IMG/VR virus record: IMGVR_UViG_3300025141_012985
Location: 1-64,000 of that record
DNA length: 64,000 nt
Strand: one strand, 5' to 3'
Origin: a virus
Shown: positions 58,026 through 64,000 of the stretch, piece by piece
Numbering within the stretch: position 1 is the stretch's first letter
Layout of the letters: every line of letters begins with the position of its first letter
The notes under the pieces: model-generated
Told to the model about the DNA's origin: nothing
What the model saw: only the letters and a program-made list of their open reading frames with translations
The model's database searches: none
Made by a program: the position numbers and the translations under genes

Positions 58026-58934
58026 ATGCTAACGTTTCCAATTAACATGATTTCAATAGAGGGGCCAGACCTTTCTGGAAAGACAACCCTAATCAATGAC
58101 ATTCACAAGAAGACGAATTATCGGTGGCATCTAATGGATAGGTCAAAGCTTTCTAGAATGGTGTTTGCCAAGATGTATGATAGAGACGTTGAACAAACTA
58201 CAAGAGAGTTCTACGAAGAAGTTAGTAATCTAAACAATAGATGTGTCTTTTTAATGCCCACATTCGAAGTTCTGGAGGAGAGATACAAAACTCGTGGTGA
58301 TGAAATTCATACAATTGATACGCTAAGAGAGTCATACAATTTATTTTTTAAAGAATTTACTAGACTCCCATCTTTATCAAACGTCTATGGAATTATGAAT
58401 GGTTCGTCTGGAAGATTAAGTAATATGGTTATTGACTATCACAATTGCATTGAAAAGTATCTAACACTCAAAGAGGTCTATGGTCAAGTACAAAATTTTG
58501 TCAAGCACTTTCCGAACAACGAATGCAATCAGCTAACATTCACGCTTCACGACAGCGGTGAGTTTAAAGAGTCAAACATAGCCTCTATGAGTGAAAAATC
58601 AGAAAAAGAATACTATCATAGAATTTATGACTCTTTAATGAATAAAATTGATGATGAACAGTCTGGAAAGAATCCATACTCAAGAAAAGAAGGTTTAGAT
58701 TCAAGAAGGTATGTCTTTACAGAAGACACATGCATCTCAATGATTCATATTTTGAATAGGGATTCTGTTCTAGATGTGCGATTTGTTTGTAGATCTACTG
58801 ATATTAATAATAAGTTTGAACATGATTTAAATTTCTTATACTTTATAGCTTCAGAGTGCTGGAATTTGCTTGGTGGTGGATGTAATTTTTGCAAAATGCA
58901 TTTCACCTTAAACTCTGCACACATTCTTGAGTAA
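58026..58934 (+). CDS. Fusion: dNMP (thymidylate-type) kinase plus C-terminal ThyA/dCMP-hydroxymethylase-fold domain
   Basis: IEGPDLSGKTT P-loop, DRS.LS, RGDE; C-terminal DSRR...C...RSTD-x7-D...SAH. Confidence 0.75.
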   Translation: MLTFPINMISIEGPDLSGKTTLINDIHKKTNYRWHLMDRSKLSRMVFAKMYDRDVEQTTREFYEEVSNLNNRCVFLMPTFEVLEERYKTRGDEIHTIDTLRESYNLFFKEFTRLPSLSNVYGIMNGSSGRLSNMVIDYHNCIEKYLTLKEVYGQVQNFVKHFPNNECNQLTFTLHDSGEFKESNIASMSEKSEKEYYHRIYDSLMNKIDDEQSGKNPYSRKEGLDSRRYVFTEDTCISMIHILNRDSVLDVRFVCRSTDINNKFEHDLNFLYFIASECWNLLGGGCNFCKMHFTLNSAHILE

Positions 58935-58953
58935 AATATAGTGAGGTAGAAAT

Positions 58954-59958
58954 ATGGAAAAGAGAGCTTTAGTTACGGGTGGGTGTGGATTCATCGGTTC
59001 AAATCTGACAAGAGAGCTTATTAAGCAGGGCTGGATGGTCGACATTGTAGATGACATGTCGAATGGTCACCTGGAGCTTCTAGAGGGATTAAATTTTAGA
59101 GTCATTCCCAGTTCAGAGTTTCTTATTGAGTTTAATAAGCAGTCTGGAAGGGGAAGGGAAACAGTTGTCGTTATTCAAGATGACTTTGCATCTCCGGGAA
59201 TATCATATCAGATATCTAAAAAGATGTATGATGTTGTGTTCCACCAAGCTGCGATCCCTAGAGTTTTATTTTCTGTTGAAAATCCTGCAATGACAACAGA
59301 TACAAATATTGGATCAACAGTTAAATTATTTGAAGCCTGCATCGGAAATGTTAAAAGAATTGTCTGGGCTTCATCCTCTTCAGTGTACGGAGGTGCTGAT
59401 TTGATGCCTACTTCTGAGGATCATCCGAAGGATCCTAAATCTCCATACGCCTGGCAGAAATCTTCAATAGAAGATCTGTCTAGAGTTTTTTGCAATCTCT
59501 ACAATATTGATATTGTATGCTTAAGATATTTTAACGTTTTTGGTCCAGGACAGTACGGAGATTCTCCCTATTCCACTGCAGTTTCTGCATGGTGCAATGC
59601 CATCTTAGAGGGAACACCCTTGAGAAGTGACGGTGACGGAACACAGTCAAGAGATCTTTGCTACATTGACAATGTCGTTCAGGCAAATATTTTAGCTGCA
59701 AATCGTGACGAAAGCTTTGAGGGACAATATTATAATATTGCGTGCGGAGATCGAACGACAAATAATCAAATTCTTAATTTCTTTAAAGATAGATTTTCTA
59801 ATGTTGAAGTAGTCAATGCACCGTGGAGACCTGGAGATGTCATGCACACACAGGCTGATATTACAAGAGCTAGGGAGGATTTTGGATACGAACCTGTTGT
59901 GAGAATTTGGGAAGGACTAGAAAAAACGGTCGAGTGGTGGGATCTAAAGGATGAGTAA
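58954..59958 (+). CDS. NAD-dependent nucleotide-sugar epimerase/dehydratase (GalE/WbpP-like SDR)
   Basis: VTGGCGFIGS, ASSSSVYG, YAWQK (YxxxK), LRYFNVFGP, GDGTQSRD. Confidence 0.92.
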   Translation: MEKRALVTGGCGFIGSNLTRELIKQGWMVDIVDDMSNGHLELLEGLNFRVIPSSEFLIEFNKQSGRGRETVVVIQDDFASPGISYQISKKMYDVVFHQAAIPRVLFSVENPAMTTDTNIGSTVKLFEACIGNVKRIVWASSSSVYGGADLMPTSEDHPKDPKSPYAWQKSSIEDLSRVFCNLYNIDIVCLRYFNVFGPGQYGDSPYSTAVSAWCNAILEGTPLRSDGDGTQSRDLCYIDNVVQANILAANRDESFEGQYYNIACGDRTTNNQILNFFKDRFSNVEVVNAPWRPGDVMHTQADITRAREDFGYEPVVRIWEGLEKTVEWWDLKDE

Positions 59959-60382
59959 GGGAATTTGGAGAGGTAATTCTTCCAGACATATAAAGCCCTG
60001 GGGGGAAGAGGTTACCTGGGTAGGACCAAGTGCCTATGGAAAGATTTTAACAGTTAGCTCAGGAAAGAGCCTAAGCTTTAAGATGAATAAGGTTAAAACT
60101 GAGACACTATTTGTCGTCCAGGGAAGAATAATAGTTCAGTGTGCTGATCAAGGGTTCTTTGAAGATCCACCAAACTATCCAATGCGTGAAATGGTGTGTA
60201 CTCAAGGGGAGTGTCTAAGCATTCAGTCTGAATGTCCATATAGAATAACTGCAGAAATTGATTCAATAATATTTGAAATAGGGGACATGCCGCATGATGC
60301 ATCCTTTAGAATTATAGATGACTATGGCAGAGAAGACAAGTCTCTTTCACATCTTGCGGAGATTATAATTGAGAATTCCTGA
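59951..60382 (+). CDS. Cupin-fold protein (mannose-6-phosphate isomerase-like), His ligands apparently lost
   Basis: KPWG.E, GKIL....GKSLS....K.ET..V..G, R.TA, DDYGR. Confidence 0.7.
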   Translation: MSKGIWRGNSSRHIKPWGEEVTWVGPSAYGKILTVSSGKSLSFKMNKVKTETLFVVQGRIIVQCADQGFFEDPPNYPMREMVCTQGECLSIQSECPYRITAEIDSIIFEIGDMPHDASFRIIDDYGREDKSLSHLAEIIIENS

Positions 60383-60926
60383 GTTTATCATTTTTACTGG
60401 CCCTATGTTCGGATCTAAGACGACTAGGTTGCTCGCTGTCCTAGACCGCTTCAGGTACCAAAATAGAAATATTACATGCTTTAAGCCTGCCATGGATGAT
60501 AGATATTCTTCTGGAGAAATCTGTACACACTCAGGTGGAAAGATTGACGCTGTTTGTGTAAAAACAGGTGAAGATATATTAAAATACTTACAGGATAAAG
60601 AAAATATTCATGTTATTGCAGTTGACGAGGCTTTTATGATAGATGGTTCTGCATCAGCACTTCTTTCTCTTTTTAGAGAGGGAAAGACAATTGTCGTATC
60701 TTCTCTTCAACTTTCCGCTAGTGGAAATGTATTTGAAGAAATTAGGGATATGATGCCATGGGCAACAAAAATTGAGGTTTGCCCAGCTGTGTGTCCAATT
60801 TCTGGACAAGATGCATACTATACACATAGAAAGCTTTCAGGTCTTGATGAAATTACTGTCGGAGGATCTGAGCTTTATGAGCCAAGGTCATGGTTTCATC
60901 ACAATTTTATGAATCAGTCAAAATAG
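60369..60926 (+). CDS. tdk: Thymidine kinase family protein (divergent)
   Basis: FTGPMFGSKTT, FKP..DDRY, I.THSG, IAVDEA, VGG.E.YEP. Confidence 0.85.
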   Translation: MRIPEFIIFTGPMFGSKTTRLLAVLDRFRYQNRNITCFKPAMDDRYSSGEICTHSGGKIDAVCVKTGEDILKYLQDKENIHVIAVDEAFMIDGSASALLSLFREGKTIVVSSLQLSASGNVFEEIRDMMPWATKIEVCPAVCPISGQDAYYTHRKLSGLDEITVGGSELYEPRSWFHHNFMNQSK

Positions 60927-60961
60927 ATATTGATGAACTTATTGTTTCGAGTGGGTGAAAA

Positions 60962-61951
60962 ATGATTGAACCAACCAGCGTGAATTGTGTAATCTATCAT
61001 GCAAATTGTACAGACGGATTTGGTGCTGCTTATTCTGCCTGGAAGCTGCTAGGCAATCGTGCTGAGTACCATGCATGTAAGCACGGAACTCCTCCCCCAG
61101 ATATAAAAGATAAAAATGTCGTAATTTTAGATTTTTCCTTCGATAACACAACTACTAAAAAAATGATTGAAGAGGCTAATGCGCTTCTAGTCATAGATCA
61201 TCATAAGTCAGCCATGGTAGAGCTTCATGATATATCAAATACAGTTTTTGATATGACGAAATCTGGTGCAATGCTTTCATGGGAATTTTTTCATCTAGGA
61301 AAAGAGCCGCCAAAATTCATCAAGTATATTCAAGATCGCGATCTTTGGAAATGGGAGCTTGACTATTCTAAAGAGTTTAGCGCAGCATTTGATATGGTGC
61401 CATTTGAATTTGAGGAATTTGAAAAGTTTGAAGATGACTCTGTATTTGATGATGCTGTAAAGCGCGGATCCTATATACTTGCATACAGCAAGACAGTTAT
61501 TAAAAAGGTGTGTGAAAAGGCAGTTGAGAGAAGATATAAAGGAATGAAAGTCATGGTGGTTAATTCTTCTCACTGGATGTCTGAGATTGGTGCTAGGTTG
61601 GCACCAGACTGTGACTTTGCAGTTATATGGTACTATGATCATGAAGACAGAATTAACAAGATAAGTTTGCGTGCTTTTCATGACGCAGTTGATGTTTCTG
61701 AAATTGCAAAGGGCTTCGGCGGTGGCGGGCATAAGAAGGCAGGTGGCTTTCAAATAAGCGGCGAGCTCTGTGTTGATGATATTTTTGATCCCGAGGTAGA
61801 GGATGAACATGAAGACCCAGTTGATACTTCTGCTGCAAGGGAAGAGCTTAAAAAGATTCAAAGTGCGCTTGATGAGGAGTGTGATAAAGAGGCAGTTGCA
61901 AAGGTTGAAGAGATCTTAGACAAGATTGAATCTTCCAAGGATGAGGAATAA
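60962..61951 (+). CDS. DHH/DHHA1 phosphoesterase
   Basis: YHANCTDG, ILDFS, IDHH, DRDLW, SLR, GGGGHKKAGGF. Confidence 0.9.
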   Translation: MIEPTSVNCVIYHANCTDGFGAAYSAWKLLGNRAEYHACKHGTPPPDIKDKNVVILDFSFDNTTTKKMIEEANALLVIDHHKSAMVELHDISNTVFDMTKSGAMLSWEFFHLGKEPPKFIKYIQDRDLWKWELDYSKEFSAAFDMVPFEFEEFEKFEDDSVFDDAVKRGSYILAYSKTVIKKVCEKAVERRYKGMKVMVVNSSHWMSEIGARLAPDCDFAVIWYYDHEDRINKISLRAFHDAVDVSEIAKGFGGGGHKKAGGFQISGELCVDDIFDPEVEDEHEDPVDTSAAREELKKIQSALDEECDKEAVAKVEEILDKIESSKDEE

Positions 61952-62682
61952 TGTCGTATTTGGGATTTACTAGATCAATCTGTAGATACTATCTCTCACA
62001 GATAGATTTTCCAAAAGTTTTAGAAATAGGTGTAGACAAGGGCCAGACAGCTATCCCATTAATTCAAAACTTATGCACTACAAAAAGACAATTTATGTAT
62101 GCTGGAATAGATGTTCTCTTATCAAGAGACCTCATCGAGCAGATTGGTCAATTTGAAAATATGTCAGTTAGCTGGCATGATGATCTGACAGACAGAGTTG
62201 TAATGATGTTTGAAGAAAATAGCCTAGACTGGCTGGGAAATAATCAAGACAGCTCACTAAAGTTTGATTTAATCCTTATTGACGGAGATCACAATTATTA
62301 TACTGTGTTCAATGAATTAAATCTCATTCAGGCAATAATAAAGCCGACTACACTTATAGTTTGTGATGATTTCCAGGGAAGATACAGTGAAAAAGATATG
62401 TTTTACTCAGAGAGAGAAGAATATAAAGATGTGCCTGATATGACACCTCGTAAAATTACTAAAAAAAGCGGAATTAGAAGTGCTGTTATTGACTTTAGAG
62501 ATCAGTCTCCCCTAAGCTGGAGAGTGGACACATTCGGACCATCTGATCCGTGTTTTCTCTATCAAGAAGATTTTTTAGAAGCGTGGGCTGATCCGCCAGA
62601 GAATACACTGTTACGAGATATGAAAATATCTTTCTCCTTTAAGGGTGAGAAACAGTCTGAATCTTCTAGGGATGAAGAATAA
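61951..62682 (+). CDS. Class I SAM-dependent methyltransferase (Methyltransf_24-like), copy 1
   Basis: VLEIGVDKG, GID, FDLILIDGDHNY, IVCDD. Confidence 0.85.
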   Translation: MSYLGFTRSICRYYLSQIDFPKVLEIGVDKGQTAIPLIQNLCTTKRQFMYAGIDVLLSRDLIEQIGQFENMSVSWHDDLTDRVVMMFEENSLDWLGNNQDSSLKFDLILIDGDHNYYTVFNELNLIQAIIKPTTLIVCDDFQGRYSEKDMFYSEREEYKDVPDMTPRKITKKSGIRSAVIDFRDQSPLSWRVDTFGPSDPCFLYQEDFLEAWADPPENTLLRDMKISFSFKGEKQSESSRDEE

Positions 62683-63401
62683 TGTCATATTTAGGATTTA
62701 CCAGATGTATCAGCAGATATTATTTGTCACAGATAGACTTTCCAAAGATATTGGAGATTGGTATTGACAAGGGACAGACTGCAATTCCGCTAATTCAAAA
62801 TCTCTGTATTTCAAAGTCTACATTTATGTATGCAGGCATAGACATTCTTTTAAGAAACGAGCTCCTAGAGCAAATATCTCAATTTGAAGGAATTACAGCT
62901 AGCTGGCTTGATGAGCTTGATGATAGGGCTGTCATGATGTTTGAAGAAAATAGCCTAGACTGGCTGGAAAATAATCAAGATGCTGATATAGAATTTGATC
63001 TTGTTCTTGTCGATGGAGATCATAATTATCATACAGTGTTCAATGAGCTTAAGCTCATTGAGTCTTTGATAAAACCTGCTACACTTATAGTTTGTGATGA
63101 CTATCAAGGGAGATACAGTGAAAAAGATATGTTCTATTCAGAGAGAGAAGAGTATAAGGACGTAGAGGGAGCTACTCACAGAGTTGATTCAAAAAAGCAG
63201 GGTGTTAGAAACGCAGTTATTGACTATACCAATCAATCGAAATTTGAGTGGAGGGTCGATAGATTTGGACCTTCTGAGCCTTGCTTTTTGTATCAGCCAG
63301 AATTTCTAAAAGTTAATGCAAAGCCTGCAAAGTGTGCTAGACTTAGGGATATGGAAGCTGATTTTATTTTCAACCCTGAAGAGAAATTTTTAGTCCGATG
63401 A
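62682..63401 (+). CDS. Class I SAM-dependent methyltransferase (Methyltransf_24-like), copy 2
   Basis: ILEIGIDKG, FDLVLVDGDHNY, IVCDD; tandem paralog of the preceding gene. Confidence 0.85.
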   Translation: MSYLGFTRCISRYYLSQIDFPKILEIGIDKGQTAIPLIQNLCISKSTFMYAGIDILLRNELLEQISQFEGITASWLDELDDRAVMMFEENSLDWLENNQDADIEFDLVLVDGDHNYHTVFNELKLIESLIKPATLIVCDDYQGRYSEKDMFYSEREEYKDVEGATHRVDSKKQGVRNAVIDYTNQSKFEWRVDRFGPSEPCFLYQPEFLKVNAKPAKCARLRDMEADFIFNPEEKFLVR

Positions 63402-63817
63402 GACCCACGTGGCATCAGATATGGATGGACTTTTCTTATTTAATAGCTGGAAGGTCCGTTGACCCTCGACATCAAGTAGGGGCAGTTGTTGTAACAGACG
63501 ATAATACTCAAGTATTAGCAGTTGGATATAACGGAAACTACAAGGGAGGACCTAATGAGGTTGAATCTCTATCTCCCGGAGAGTCTGGAATGATTCATGC
63601 TGAGATAAATGCTCTCTTAAAGATGGACTATAACAATCCCAAGAGAAAGATAATGTATGTTACATTAAGTCCGTGCAGAATGTGTGCAAAGGCAATTGTT
63701 AATTCAGGCATCTCTGCTGTCGTGTATCTAGAAGAGTACAGAGATACGTCTTCTTTAAAAATCTTAAGGGATGAGGGAATAGAAGTCATTAAGTTTATCT
63801 CCAAGGATGATAATTAG
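63398..63817 (+). CDS. dCMP deaminase (ComEB/T4 Cd-like)
   Basis: VGAV, GYNG, HAEINAL, SPCRMC. Confidence 0.92.
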   Translation: MRPTWHQIWMDFSYLIAGRSVDPRHQVGAVVVTDDNTQVLAVGYNGNYKGGPNEVESLSPGESGMIHAEINALLKMDYNNPKRKIMYVTLSPCRMCAKAIVNSGISAVVYLEEYRDTSSLKILRDEGIEVIKFISKDDN

Positions 63818-63839
63818 TTTATAGCTTGGAGTGTTTTAA

Positions 63840-64000
63840 ATGACAAGGATGTTGTCAAGTAGTGACATTTTAAATCTAATTTCTAAAGAAAGGCATAAGA
63901 TTGATCTATCTGAGGGCGGGAGTATTCCAGTCTTTGCAGGATCAGGTGATAGAAAGGTGCCCCTAGTAGGGAAAGGATTCAAAATACGTCACAAAGATTC
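63840..64000 (+). CDS. Hypothetical protein, 3'-truncated by the window edge
   Basis: ATG after GGAG, with ATAATTA at 63810; MTRMLSSSDILNLISKE... stays open to the end. Confidence 0.5.
   Translation, partial: MTRMLSSSDILNLISKERHKIDLSEGGSIPVFAGSGDRKVPLVGKGFKIRHKD

Noticed and set aside
110-61861. Numerous short overlapping or antisense ORFs in the track (e.g. 165-401, 6374-6739, 14444-14893, 16002-16571, 61295-61861)
   Set aside because: They lie within well-supported genes, lack SD sequences and motifs, and look like shadow frames.
61951-63401. DNA methyltransferases of a restriction-modification system
   Set aside because: No DPPY/NPPY or PC motifs; the DGDH pattern fits small-molecule Methyltransf_24 enzymes, and no nuclease is adjacent.
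1-64000. Stop-codon reassignment as seen in some jumbo phages
   Set aside because: Conserved genes are full length in code 11, and TAG, TGA and TAA each end genes at expected positions.

Overview
A 64 kb segment of a large (jumbo-type), T4-related contractile-tailed phage genome in standard genetic code; TAA, TAG and TGA all terminate genes. Coding is dense and all but one gene is on the + strand. Layout: (1) 1-23.5 kb morphogenesis: tubulin/PhuZ-like GTPase, gp13/14/15-like neck and terminator proteins, two ~1000-aa tail sheath paralogs, tail tube, tail assembly chaperone with an apparent frameshift extension, tape measure and baseplate proteins. (2) 23.5-37 kb replication/recombination: minimal family-A polymerase, HD protein, gp32-like SSB, RecA/UvsX, 5'-3' exonuclease, DnaB/gp41 helicase, class II RNR, ClpP, endolysin, acyl-CoA thioesterase. 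(3) 37-48 kb fibres and other virion proteins. (4) 48.7-64 kb nucleotide metabolism around a DnaE replicase. The most notable signal is in block 4: a eukaryote-like MBD4 G:T/G:U mismatch glycosylase together with a dNMP kinase fused to a ThyA-fold domain carrying the cytosine-specifying Asp, all-alpha dNTPases, a HAD nucleotidase, an atypical ThyX, an NDT/DNPH1-fold glycosidase, a divergent thymidine kinase, a sugar epimerase, paired SAM methyltransferases and a dCMP deaminase. I infer a cytosine-modification pathway coupled to repair of its deamination products. All calls come from motif recognition by eye; no database searches were run. No tRNA, CRISPR, integrase or capsid/portal gene was recognised.
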